A stretch of DNA of 64,000 nucleotides from Bacillota bacterium (lineage in GTDB: Bacteria; Bacillota; Clostridia; Peptostreptococcales; Anaerovoracaceae): contig JAFPZZ010000004.1 of NCBI GenBank assembly GCA_017417045.1, forward strand, positions 3,030-67,029, given 5' to 3'. Positions within the stretch are counted from its first letter, which is position 1. Every line of letters begins with the position of its first letter. The position numbers and the translations under genes were made by a program. The notes beneath the pieces are model-generated. The model searched no databases and was not told where the DNA came from. It saw nothing but the letters and a program-made list of their open reading frames with translations. Of the stretch, positions 9,747 through 18,772 are shown one piece after another.

Positions 9747-9873
9747 TATTCCCGAAGGCGTAACATCGATAGGGCAGGAATGCTTCTCAAATTGCAACTC
9801 ATTGACAAGTGTTACTCTGCCTGATTCATTGACAAGCATCGGATCAAAGTGTTTTGCATATTGCACGAAGCTG
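9747..9873 (+). pseudogene. fragment (about two repeats) of a BspA-type leucine-rich-repeat surface protein
   Basis: TIPEGVTSIGQECFSNCNSLTSVTLPDSLTSIGSKCFAYCTKL is the classic BspA LRR unit. It is in a different frame from, and directly abuts, the coupling-protein fragment. Confidence 0.55.
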
Positions 9874-10135
9874 TTATTCAGTCTCGGCTATTTTAAAATC
9901 ACTTTTTAATTCGGCCGGCTTTTTTCGTCCTGGATCCGATAATTAAGGCCCGCTTGAAGGTCTTGTCGTCCTGAATATTGAAAAGAAGGCCCCGATAATA
10001 TATACATATAATATAGGGATGTTGATGCAGGGCGGCGACCAGCGCTATCTGCTGCCACAGGGCGGCGCGACCCGAGCGCAGACCGCGGCGTTCATCGCGC
10101 GCTTTGCCGAGAACGTGAGAAAAAAAGTACAACGA

Positions 10136-11410
10136 ATGACCATAGACGAAAAGATACAAAAGACGAACGTCGGGACGCCTCCCGGATGGATGTACTGGAT
10201 ACTCATGCAGGTGACGAAGGTGCTGAACAAGCTCAGCAACGCGCATTTCAACTGCAAGGCGAGGCCGTCTGAAGAGAAGGGCTCCATAGTGATGATAGCC
10301 AACCACGCTTCGCGCGTGGATTACCAGTTCACCGCCCCGGTCTGCTATCCCAAAAAGCTGAACTATGTGGTCGGATACAACGAGTTCTTCCGCTTTCCGA
10401 CGAGCCTGCTTCTTCCGTTCATGCAGGTGATCCCGAAAAAGAATTTTACGCCGGATACCCATGCCATGCGGCAGATCCTCCGCGTGATAAAGATGGGCGG
10501 GAACATATGCTTCATGCCCGAGGGCATGAGCTCCATCACAGGGATGGCGCAGCCTGTCATGCCGGGCAGCGGGAAGCTGCTTAAAAAGCTCGGCGTGCCG
10601 GTGTATTATTCTAAGATCTCCGGAGGTTACCTGACCTATACCAAGCACTATCTCGACCAGAGGAAGGGTCGTATAGACGTAGTCGTGGACCGCATGTTCA
10701 CGGCGGACGAGCTTAAAGAGCTGTCCGCGGAGCAGATCGAGGACACCATGAACCGTCTGCTGGCCCATGACGACTACATCTGGAACCGCGAGGCGAGGAA
10801 CCGCTTCAGCGGCAAGGGCGGAATGGCCAATAAGCTTGACACCCTGCTGTATCTCTGCCCAAAGTGCGGGGCCCTTTATGAGATGGACTGTGAGGGCAAC
10901 ACGATGCGCTGCCGCCGCTGCGGCAATACCGTTGAGATGGACGAATATTACCAGATCAAAGCTGTGGGAGAGGACAGCGTATGTCCCGAGCTCGTGACCG
11001 ACTGGACTATAATGGAGAGGAAGCGTGCAGCGGAGGAGGTGCAAAGGGAGGACTTCTCCCACAGCGGGCACGTCAGGGTCGGCGTCCTGCCAGAGCATAA
11101 GACGCTGAAGGGCGATGCGACCTCGCTGATACGAGGCGAAGGAATTCTTTCACTTGACCGCGAAGGGCTGCATTTCCAGGGCACCCTGGAGGATAGACCC
11201 TACAGCTTCGTCGTCCCGAGCAGGGAGCTTCCGACCTACGGCATGTGCACGGATATCAGCCGCTTCTACACCTTCATTGACGGCCGCTTCCTGGAGTTCT
11301 ACCCAGACGCGGGAGACGTCCTGCTCTGGGATCATCTGACGGAAGAGCTGCACCGCTTTAATGGCGGGAAATGGCAGAATACGCCCTACAGGCATACTGA
11401 GGACGTCTGA
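10136..11410 (+). CDS. lysophospholipid (PlsC-family) acyltransferase with a C-terminal zinc-ribbon region
   Basis: HX4D motif NHASRVD, a PEG motif (FMPEGMSS), and CPKC..CRRC. Start taken at MTIDEK (10136). The ORF runs in-frame from 10019 through an SLH-like remnant. Confidence 0.75.
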   Translation: MTIDEKIQKTNVGTPPGWMYWILMQVTKVLNKLSNAHFNCKARPSEEKGSIVMIANHASRVDYQFTAPVCYPKKLNYVVGYNEFFRFPTSLLLPFMQVIPKKNFTPDTHAMRQILRVIKMGGNICFMPEGMSSITGMAQPVMPGSGKLLKKLGVPVYYSKISGGYLTYTKHYLDQRKGRIDVVVDRMFTADELKELSAEQIEDTMNRLLAHDDYIWNREARNRFSGKGGMANKLDTLLYLCPKCGALYEMDCEGNTMRCRRCGNTVEMDEYYQIKAVGEDSVCPELVTDWTIMERKRAAEEVQREDFSHSGHVRVGVLPEHKTLKGDATSLIRGEGILSLDREGLHFQGTLEDRPYSFVVPSRELPTYGMCTDISRFYTFIDGRFLEFYPDAGDVLLWDHLTEELHRFNGGKWQNTPYRHTEDV

Positions 11411-11522
11411 TATATACCGGCCCGCGGATAAACGTGTCCGCGGGCCTTGCTTTTATTCGACACTTGTAATCTCCGCCCGGCTGAAATAGTATAATATGCA
11501 GTAAGTTTTCAAGGAGGATAGC

Positions 11523-12461
11523 ATGGATTCGATGAGGCTCGCGTTCAACGCCGTGTTCCCGCTGCTGGCCTTCATGGTCATAGGATATTTCCTGCGGAGC
11601 ATAAAGCTGCTGGACGAAAAGACCGCGGCCGGTCTGAACAAGCTTGTGTTCAAGGTCTTTCTCCCGCTGAGCATATTCCAGAGCATATATAACGCGGACA
11701 TAGGCAGCGCCTTCGACCTTAAGGTGGCGCTCTACGTGGCACTGACCTGCGTCATGAGCTTCATAGTCATAACGCTGCTGGTCGGACGCCCCGAAAAGGA
11801 CGCGGCGGTCAGGCCCGTCATGGTGCAGGGCATACACAAGGCGAACTACAACCTGCTGGCCATCCCCATCGTATCCAGTTTCTACGGAAACGCGATAGGG
11901 ATGACGGCGGTGCTCATAATAATCATCACGCCCATAGTCAATATCTGCTCGACCATAGCGTTCGAGTCCGCCCGCGGAGGCAGCGCAAGCCTTCCGAAGA
12001 TGCTGAAAAAGATAATAATGAACCCGCTTGTGCTGAGCAGCGTGATAGGACTGCTCGTGAACGTCTCGGGACTCAGACTCCCTACGGTCGTCATGAGCGG
12101 CGTGATATCCAAGCTCTCTGCCATGGCGACGCCGGCCGCCATGCTGGTGCTCGGCTCCGACTTCAGTGTAAGCTCTGTAAAGCGCTGGGCGGGGCATCTG
12201 CTCAAGGTCTGCGCGGGCAAGCTGATAGTAATGCCTCTGGTGCTGGTCACGGGGGCTGTCCTTATCGGCATAAGGGGCGCGGACCTAATAGCGATACTGA
12301 TATACAGCGGCTCGCCAGCGGCGGTGAATTCATACAGCACAGCCGTATCGATGGGCGGCAACGAGGAGCTCGCGGGGGAGATCGTGGCCGTGACCTCGCT
12401 CCTGTCGGTATTCACGCTCTTCGTATTTCTCACTGTAATGGGCGGCATGGGGCTCATATAA
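11523..12461 (+). CDS. AEC (auxin efflux carrier) family transporter
   Basis: ~10 TM segments. The N-terminus FNAVFPLLAFMVIGYFLRSIKLLDE..LNKLVFKVFLP is typical of AEC/malate-permease-like proteins. Confidence 0.8.
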   Translation: MDSMRLAFNAVFPLLAFMVIGYFLRSIKLLDEKTAAGLNKLVFKVFLPLSIFQSIYNADIGSAFDLKVALYVALTCVMSFIVITLLVGRPEKDAAVRPVMVQGIHKANYNLLAIPIVSSFYGNAIGMTAVLIIIITPIVNICSTIAFESARGGSASLPKMLKKIIMNPLVLSSVIGLLVNVSGLRLPTVVMSGVISKLSAMATPAAMLVLGSDFSVSSVKRWAGHLLKVCAGKLIVMPLVLVTGAVLIGIRGADLIAILIYSGSPAAVNSYSTAVSMGGNEELAGEIVAVTSLLSVFTLFVFLTVMGGMGLI

Positions 12462-12486
12462 AGCCCCGCTCAGAAAGGACTGTATC

Positions 12487-13419
12487 TTGAAAAGATTCCT
12501 TCGTCCATCCGGCAGATGGACCGACATACTCCCGATAGCGATCTTCGCGTCGTTGGTCTTCCTGTTCATAGGATCGATGCTGGGCGCGCTGATCTTAAAC
12601 CCGCCCGAAGTGACGGGCCTCGTCTATAAGCTATGCGGGGACGACGACGTCGCTGCTTTTATGATGCAGTATCTGGACTTTGTAGGCATATGGGTCGCGA
12701 TGTTCCTGTACATATTGTTTTCCAAGGCGAACAGGCCAATGATAAAAGCCCTCGGGTACGACCGCAAGGGCAATACTCCGAAGGGCTTCCTGCTCGGTCT
12801 GCTGTTCGGATTCGGCTGCAACGGCATCTGCGTGCTGCTGTCGTGGATCATGGGGGATATAAAGCTCTCTTTCGTGGGCTTCGACCCGAAGCTCCTGCTT
12901 CTCTTCTTTATCGCCATAACCATACAGTCGGGCGCGGAAGAGATCACAGACAGGCTCTATCTTTACCAGAAGCTCAGGAGGCGCTACAAGAGCCCGCTGA
13001 TCGCGATCATAACCAATTCGGCGGTCTTCATGGCGCTGCACGTCTTCAATCCGGGCTTTACGGCCATAGCCGGCGTGCAGATATTCATCATCGGGGTGAT
13101 CTTCTCGATGCTCGTGTACTATTACAACAGTCTGTGGTGCGCTATAGCCTTCCACATGGCGTGGAACTTCACGCAGAATATAATATTCGGCCTGCCGAAC
13201 AGCGGCATAGTCTCGGCTTATTCCATATTTAAACTTGAGGCCGCCTCTGCGAGAAACGGCCTGTTTTACAACGTCAATTTCGGAGTCGAGGGCAGCGTCG
13301 GCGCGTCAGTCATACTGCTGATCTTCGGAGCCGTCCTGTATATGAAGAGCAGGGATAGGGGGGAGTGCTGCGACCTGTGGGAAGACGCTTCCCCGCAGGA
13401 AACGCCTAAAGCTCTATAG
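12487..13419 (+). CDS. CPBP-family intramembrane glutamic endopeptidase (CAAX protease-like)
   Basis: TTG start. Motifs EEITDR, FMALH and HMAWNF lie in TM helices. Confidence 0.8.
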   Translation: MKRFLRPSGRWTDILPIAIFASLVFLFIGSMLGALILNPPEVTGLVYKLCGDDDVAAFMMQYLDFVGIWVAMFLYILFSKANRPMIKALGYDRKGNTPKGFLLGLLFGFGCNGICVLLSWIMGDIKLSFVGFDPKLLLLFFIAITIQSGAEEITDRLYLYQKLRRRYKSPLIAIITNSAVFMALHVFNPGFTAIAGVQIFIIGVIFSMLVYYYNSLWCAIAFHMAWNFTQNIIFGLPNSGIVSAYSIFKLEAASARNGLFYNVNFGVEGSVGASVILLIFGAVLYMKSRDRGECCDLWEDASPQETPKAL

Positions 13420-14182
13420 TCATGCCTCCGGACAGATAGTGCAGCCTGTCCATGTACTGCTGCATGAACTCGTACTGAGCCGCGCCCGTGCAGTGGCAGG
13501 TGTAGAATTCCGTCGGAAGGCTGTTCAAAAACTCCGCGTATCCTTTCATCGTGTCGTCTATGGGGAGCTTCTCGAAATGGAAGCCTCCGATAAGAACGTC
13601 GGGCTTGAACCAGTCGGCTATATCCATCACGCCCTTGTGCGAGCAGCCGCTCAAAAGGACGCGCTTTCCGTCTTCTTCTATCAGAAGATACTGCTCGTGC
13701 CTGAAATCCTCCGGGACGGTTTTTCCGCCTATGACCGCTGACATCCCGAAGTTGCCCACGTCGTGGTGCTTTTCAAAGCCGTTGCAGGAATAAAGAGTCA
13801 GTCCCTCGCCGAGCCTGGCCTCGTCTTCGGTGAGTATGACCCTTCCGCTGTCCAGCAGCGACAGGTCCATCCCTATAAATTTGCCCGCAGCGTTGTAGTG
13901 CGGCTCGAAGGCATGCTTGTTTATGTAGATCGGGGCGTGGTCGTTGAGCTCGATGAACCTGCTCAGACCGCCGCTGTGGTCGTTGTGCCCGTGAGAAAGG
14001 ATAGCCAGATCGACTTTGGAGAGATCCTTTCCAAGCTTTTCGGCGTTTTCGGCAAACAAGCCGGAAGCTCCGGCGTCGAAGAGTATTACCTTGTCCTTCA
14101 GTTCTACGTACAGCGAGAGGCCGTGCTCGCAGCCCAGCCTTTCGTCGCAGGCGGTGTTTTCAAGAAGCGCTGTAATCTTCAT
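13406..14182 (-). CDS. MBL-fold metallo-hydrolase
   Basis: HGHNDHSGG metal-binding motif. AAGGAGGA RBS upstream of the ATG. Confidence 0.8.
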   Translation of the reverse strand: MKITALLENTACDERLGCEHGLSLYVELKDKVILFDAGASGLFAENAEKLGKDLSKVDLAILSHGHNDHSGGLSRFIELNDHAPIYINKHAFEPHYNAAGKFIGMDLSLLDSGRVILTEDEARLGEGLTLYSCNGFEKHHDVGNFGMSAVIGGKTVPEDFRHEQYLLIEEDGKRVLLSGCSHKGVMDIADWFKPDVLIGGFHFEKLPIDDTMKGYAEFLNSLPTEFYTCHCTGAAQYEFMQQYMDRLHYLSGGMTIEL

Positions 14183-14209
14183 GGATCGATCCTCCTTAAA
14201 TATATCTTG

Positions 14210-14218
14210 ATTATATCA
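14210..14218 (-). promoter_or_regulatory. extended -10 element TGaTATAAT upstream of the MBL hydrolase gene
   Basis: The reverse complement of 14210-14218 reads TGATATAAT, ~27 nt upstream of the ATG. The same 11-mer TGTGATATAAT recurs at 26314-26324. Confidence 0.4.
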
Positions 14219-14321
14219 CATGAGAAGGAAGCGCGCGCGGAGGCAGATCTTATTATAAACGGTTTTACAAACAAGCGCTTTGTGATAGACTTACGATGTT
14301 AGGGATAACGGAGGAAAGCAT

Positions 14322-14861
14322 ATGTACAGCAGCGATGATTTCATGTTGATAGAACCGACCGAGGAGTATGCCGATCAGATCGATGAGTTCCGAGTGGAGT
14401 TCCTCGACTGGCGCAATACCTTCTCCGGCTTTGCCTCGCTCCTTCGCATGGGGGACGCGAAAAAGTGGATAGAGTGGTGCCGCAGGCAAAAGAATCCCGC
14501 CCTGGTGGATCCGGGCAGGGTGACGGCGACGCAGTATCTTTATATAAGAAAGTCCGACAACAGGCTCGTGGGCCTCATCCAGGTCCGCCATTACTTCGAC
14601 GAGTTCCTCGAGAAATACGGCGGAAACATAGGCTACAGCGTAAGACCAGACGAGCGCAGGAAGGGCATAGGAAGGCTGATGTTCAGGGCCGTGCTCCCCG
14701 AATGCAGAGCTCTCGGACTTGAAAAGGTGATAGCCTGCTGCAGGGACGGGAACGTCGGCGCTGAGAACACCATACGCGCCAACGGCGGAGAGCTCATCAA
14801 CACCGTTTACGAGCCGAACAGGGGCATCTGGGTCAAGAGGTTCTCCATAGATTTGGAGTGA
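14322..14861 (+). CDS. GNAT-family N-acetyltransferase
   Basis: The acetyl-CoA-binding segment RRKGIGRLMFRAVL and overall length fit GNAT (COG3981-like). Confidence 0.75.
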   Translation: MYSSDDFMLIEPTEEYADQIDEFRVEFLDWRNTFSGFASLLRMGDAKKWIEWCRRQKNPALVDPGRVTATQYLYIRKSDNRLVGLIQVRHYFDEFLEKYGGNIGYSVRPDERRKGIGRLMFRAVLPECRALGLEKVIACCRDGNVGAENTIRANGGELINTVYEPNRGIWVKRFSIDLE

Positions 14862-14929
14862 GCCAGGACGCGGCGCTGTGAAAGCAGGCGCTGAGGACCG
14901 TCACGCATCACTAGGAAGATATATCGAAA

Positions 14930-14956
14930 GCGGACAGGGTAGCCTGTCCGCTTTTT
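14930..14956 (+). terminator. intrinsic terminator of the GNAT gene
   Basis: GCGGACAGG-GTAG-CCTGTCCGC followed by TTTTT. Confidence 0.8.
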
Positions 14957-14997
14957 GTCTGGGTAAGACCCCGCGTTCGACGCGGAGTATGTAGCAA

Positions 14998-15020
14998 GAC
15001 CCCGCTTTTTACGCGGGGTC
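14998..15020. terminator. hairpin GACCCCGC-N7-GCGGGGTC between convergent genes
   Basis: Perfect 8-bp stem with weak T-tracts on both strands. It is preceded by a degenerate copy of itself (AAGACCCCGCGTTCGACGCGG, 14966-14986). Confidence 0.4.
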
Positions 15021-15047
15021 TGTATCTTATGTGTATTATCTGCGGGC

Positions 15048-15136
15048 GGCGCCATGCAGGATCTCCGCAGCCGTTCTACGCGTCAGCTGTGCGCGGCGCC
15101 CTGAAGGATCTCCGCAGCCGTTCTGAGGTCAGTCAC
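15048..15136. repeat. 47-bp tandem duplication spanning the 3' end and stop codon of the DUF1537 kinase gene
   Basis: Copy 15048-15090 versus copy 15095-15136, sharing a 20-nt identical core AGGATCTCCGCAGCCGTTCT and >80% identity overall. Confidence 0.75.
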
Positions 15137-16519
15137 GCTACCGGTGTTTCCGGGGAAGATAACGTAGGGTATGCCGGGGAAACGGCTCTCGGCTCCCGTA
15201 CGCCATACGGGGATGCCTGGCCTTATCTGGCCCATGACGTCCGCGCGGCGCACCTTGAGGGCCTTTTTCCCTATGTCGCTCGAGGTTATGCCTCCCTTGG
15301 CTATGATGAAGGACGGCGCCTCGCCAAGTTCTCCGACGAGCCTCTGCACGGCGTCGCTTATCTTGACGCTTCTGATAAGGGCGCTCTCCTTAGTGTCGCC
15401 CTTCACGGTCAGGAGCTTCCTCCTCGTGTAGACTGCGGCGATGCGCCCGCTGCTCATGATCTCTTCTTCAAGCTTAACGCAGCGCCTTACCTCGGCGTCC
15501 AGCGCCTCGTCGCCTTCGAGCACCTTGTCGGAGTCGAATTCCACGGGGACCGCGCAGTCAAGCTTCAGAAGCTCGTTCAGCTGGTCGGTGGTCTTCTGCA
15601 TGTGGCTTCCGACGACGACTATGCCGCCCCTTCCGTTCGCGGAGCCTGTCATCTCATCGCCGCTGAGCAGGGGCCTGTCGCTGACGCCGCCCATGACCTT
15701 TACGAGGCCCGCCGCGGTGCGGAACATAAAGCTCTTTCCCTTTCGCATAGCGCGGTACAGCGCGATCGAGAAGGCCTTGATGTCGCAGTAATCGGCCGCG
15801 TTGACGCAAACCTTGCCGAAACCTTTCACCGCGAGCAGCTTGGCTTCGATGTCGTCTAAGCGCAGGCCGCGAAGCTCCTCGAGGCTCACGCAGGTCACTC
15901 CTTCGGCTTTGTATTCTCCTCGGGTCTTTTCCTCGATATATTCGGGGATGGAGGACTTGGTGTAGCCGAAGCTCTTGTCCTTAGCGAACTCGGTGTCCGC
16001 TGCCGGGACGAGCTCGTTCCCCTGCTGTACGTAGTGCACGTTTCCTATGGTGAAGCGCCCGCCCTCCTTAAAGAAGGGGGTCAGGACCTCGCCGTCGACG
16101 CGCACGCCGCGGGCCTCCATGCCTTCTCTAAGGAGCTCGGGCTCGAGGGGATAATGCCCTCTGAGCGTGGAGTCGCTCCTGGACATAAAGAGGTATCTTC
16201 GGCCGAGCTCGGAGGCGACCTTGGCTACTGTCTCCGATATTTCCCTGTGCACCGCCGCGGTCTCCTCGGGGGTCATGCCGCGGGACTTGGTGAGTATATA
16301 AAAGAGCTTGTTTTCTTCCAGGAAGCCCTCCCTGACGGAGTCCTCGTCCCAGCCCGTGAAGACCGAGATGTCGTGCACGGTCTGAACGCCTGTGGGATCG
16401 TCGTCGAGCACCACTATCTTGTGATCGTCTGCCGCTATCTCCGCGGCGAGCAGGCGGTCAAGTTCCGCCTCGTCCGGGCGGGGCAGTTTATCCAGTATAT
16501 CTGCGCTGAGTCTGTCCAT
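15083..16519 (-). CDS. four-carbon acid sugar kinase family protein (DUF1537; OtnK/DtnK-like)
   Basis: N-terminal VVLDDDPTGVQT motif and two-domain size (~478 aa). Confidence 0.8.
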   Translation of the reverse strand: MDRLSADILDKLPRPDEAELDRLLAAEIAADDHKIVVLDDDPTGVQTVHDISVFTGWDEDSVREGFLEENKLFYILTKSRGMTPEETAAVHREISETVAKVASELGRRYLFMSRSDSTLRGHYPLEPELLREGMEARGVRVDGEVLTPFFKEGGRFTIGNVHYVQQGNELVPAADTEFAKDKSFGYTKSSIPEYIEEKTRGEYKAEGVTCVSLEELRGLRLDDIEAKLLAVKGFGKVCVNAADYCDIKAFSIALYRAMRKGKSFMFRTAAGLVKVMGGVSDRPLLSGDEMTGSANGRGGIVVVGSHMQKTTDQLNELLKLDCAVPVEFDSDKVLEGDEALDAEVRRCVKLEEEIMSSGRIAAVYTRRKLLTVKGDTKESALIRSVKISDAVQRLVGELGEAPSFIIAKGGITSSDIGKKALKVRRADVMGQIRPGIPVWRTGAESRFPGIPYVIFPGNTGSVTDLRTAAEILQGAAHS

Positions 16520-16521
16520 TT

Positions 16522-17415
16522 CTATTTCTCCTTGCTCTGCACGGTGACTCCCGCCAGAGCCTCGAAGTACTGCACGTAGCCGCAGTGGTCATCGTCCATG
16601 TGCCCGTGCGCCTTGAGGGCCTGCTGGATCTCGAAGAGCTGTGCGGAGAAGGGGACGGGAACGTCGATCTCGTGCGCCGTGGCCAGGACGTTTTTGATGT
16701 CCTTGTGGTTGATCGAGATCTTTCCGCCCGGCTTGAAGTTGCGCTCGACTATCATAGGGATCTTGGCGTCGAGCACCGCGCTGCCCGCAAGGCCGCCCCT
16801 GATCGCGTCGTAGACCTTGATCGGGTCGGCGCCGGCCTTGGTCGAGAGGACGAAGGCCTCGGAGACCGCCGCTATGGTGAGGTTTACTATGACCTGGTTC
16901 GCGAGCTTGGTGACGCAGCCCATGCCGCTGCCGCCTATGAGCACGGCAGAGGATCCCATTATATCGAAGTATTCCTTGAGCTCGTTGAAAGCCTCCTGCT
17001 CGCCTCCCGCCATGAACGCCAGTGTCCCGGCTATGGCTCCGGGCTCACCGCCGCTGACCGGGGAATCCACGAAGAATACCCCGTGCTCGAGAAGCTTCTC
17101 ATGGCAGGTCTGGGCCTCGGAAGGGGTGACCGAGCTGGTATCGCAGACTATGGCTCCGGGCACTATCTTGGAGCAGACGCCGCCCTCGCCGAAGAGCACG
17201 CTCTGCGATATGCTTCCGTTCGGAAGGCTCAGGAATATCACGTCGCAGTCCCTGCCTATGCTGTCCGGGGTGCCCGCCTTCGCGCCGAGCGCCGTGAGAG
17301 CCCTGACCGCCTCCTCATTGAGGTCGTAAACTATCAGGTCGCAGCCTGCCTTTACCAGATTCGAAGCCATCGGGCGTCCCATTATGCCCAGTCCTATGAA
17401 ACCAGTTTTTTTCAT
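16522..17415 (-). CDS. NAD(P)-dependent beta-hydroxyacid dehydrogenase (GarR/LtnD/3-hydroxyisobutyrate dehydrogenase family)
   Basis: GFIGLGIMGRPMASNL Rossmann motif. It lies 2 nt upstream of the kinase gene on the same strand. Confidence 0.85.
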   Translation of the reverse strand: MKKTGFIGLGIMGRPMASNLVKAGCDLIVYDLNEEAVRALTALGAKAGTPDSIGRDCDVIFLSLPNGSISQSVLFGEGGVCSKIVPGAIVCDTSSVTPSEAQTCHEKLLEHGVFFVDSPVSGGEPGAIAGTLAFMAGGEQEAFNELKEYFDIMGSSAVLIGGSGMGCVTKLANQVIVNLTIAAVSEAFVLSTKAGADPIKVYDAIRGGLAGSAVLDAKIPMIVERNFKPGGKISINHKDIKNVLATAHEIDVPVPFSAQLFEIQQALKAHGHMDDDHCGYVQYFEALAGVTVQSKEK

Positions 17416-17568
17416 ATCTTCCTCCCGCGCCGGCGGCGCATCTCTTGGCTGTTTTGTGCTGTTTTCATAATAATATCAGAAAAAGGCCGTGCGGCGGGAA
17501 AAAAGCTTCAGGCTGTGATAATATAGAACAAAAATACATATAGCAAAAACACGAAGGAGGATACACAG

Positions 17569-18444
17569 ATGAAACTGGTCACGTTCAAGACCGAGGGCGA
17601 CTGCCGCGAGCGCCTTGGGGCGCTTAGATCCGGCGGGGTCCTGCCGCTGGACGACGCGGGCTTTTCCTTCAGGGACATGAACGATCTCATACTGAACGCT
17701 TCCCCTCAGGATCTTTCCGCCATAGCGGGAATGCGGGGCGATGGCCTTCTGATACCGGAAGGCTCTTTCGAGCTGCTCTCTCCCATACCTAGGCCCCTTC
17801 AGGATATACTCTGCCTGGGCCTCAACTACACCGAGCACGCGGAGGAGGCCTTCGGCTACGACAAGGGCTTCACCGCCAACGCGGACCTTCCCATATTCTT
17901 CTCAAAGAGGACCTCTTATTCGCAGGGCCCCGGAGCTCCTATACCTGCTCATGAGGATATTACCTCGAAGCTCGACTACGAGAACGAGCTCGGCGTCGTT
18001 CTGGGCAGGGACGCTTACAGGGTCGAAAAGGGCAGGGCGAGCGAATACATCTTCGGCTATACCATAGTGAACGACGTTTCCGCGCGCGAGCTGCAGACCT
18101 CGCACAAGCAGTGGTACTTCGGAAAGAGCCTCGACGGCTTCTCTCCCATGGGTCCATGCATCGTGACCGCGGACGAGATCGCGTATCCTCCGCAGCTGGA
18201 CGTAAAGACCTGCGTGAACGGGGAGCTTCGCCAAAACAGCAACACCCGCATGCTCATCCACAGCATAGAGGAGATAATATGCACCCTCTCGCAGGGCATG
18301 ACGCTCAAGGCCGGTACCATCATAGCGACCGGAACGCCCAAGGGAGTCATAATGGGCATGAAGGATCCCGTTTTCCTGAAGAAGGGCGACGTCGTCAGCT
18401 GCTATATAGAGGGCATAGGCGAGCTGAGCAATCCCATAGGGTAG
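17569..18444 (+). CDS. fumarylacetoacetate hydrolase (FAH) family protein
   Basis: GLNYTEHAEE.., YENELGVVLG and WYFGKSLD motifs. GAAGGAGG RBS. Confidence 0.85.
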   Translation: MKLVTFKTEGDCRERLGALRSGGVLPLDDAGFSFRDMNDLILNASPQDLSAIAGMRGDGLLIPEGSFELLSPIPRPLQDILCLGLNYTEHAEEAFGYDKGFTANADLPIFFSKRTSYSQGPGAPIPAHEDITSKLDYENELGVVLGRDAYRVEKGRASEYIFGYTIVNDVSARELQTSHKQWYFGKSLDGFSPMGPCIVTADEIAYPPQLDVKTCVNGELRQNSNTRMLIHSIEEIICTLSQGMTLKAGTIIATGTPKGVIMGMKDPVFLKKGDVVSCYIEGIGELSNPIG

Positions 18445-18598
18445 GGGAGCTGCGCGCATAGGCTCAGACAAAACGTCCCCCCGCGAGAAGCTTGTCCCGC
18501 GAAAGCGTAAACCGCGCGGGCCGTCAGAGTTTCCTCGGCGGCGCCCGTTGTCATTGAAATATAAAGGAATGGACATGTTTTGTGTCCCGAAAACAAGG

Positions 18599-18631
18599 GG
18601 AGCGTTTCCGCAAAAGCGGTACGCTCCTTTT
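18599..18631 (+). terminator. intrinsic terminator after the FAH gene
   Basis: GGAGCGT..(inner CCGC-AAAA-GCGG)..ACGCTCC followed by TTTT. Confidence 0.6.
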
Positions 18632-18723
18632 CAAAAGGGTTTCCTAAAGCACAGAAAAGCTTGAAAAATGAACGAAAAATGAAATGCCGCAATCGTGAAA
18701 AATGGCAAAAAACCCTTTACATC

Positions 18724-18752
18724 TTGCGTTAAACCCAATAAAATAGATAAAT
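18724..18752 (+). promoter_or_regulatory. candidate promoter TTGCGT-17 nt-ATAAAT for the ABC importer operon
   Basis: The hexamers and the 17-nt spacer were read directly, ~20 nt upstream of the AGGAGG RBS. Confidence 0.35.
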
Positions 18753-18772
18753 CTAATAGGAGGAGCATTAAC

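Noticed and set aside
10019-10135. Treating 10019 as the true start of the acyltransferase (463-aa version).
   Set aside because: The first 39 codons read as the tail of an SLH domain (..ATRAQTAAFIARF..), unrelated to PlsC-family proteins. The acyltransferase homology begins after the Met at 10136.
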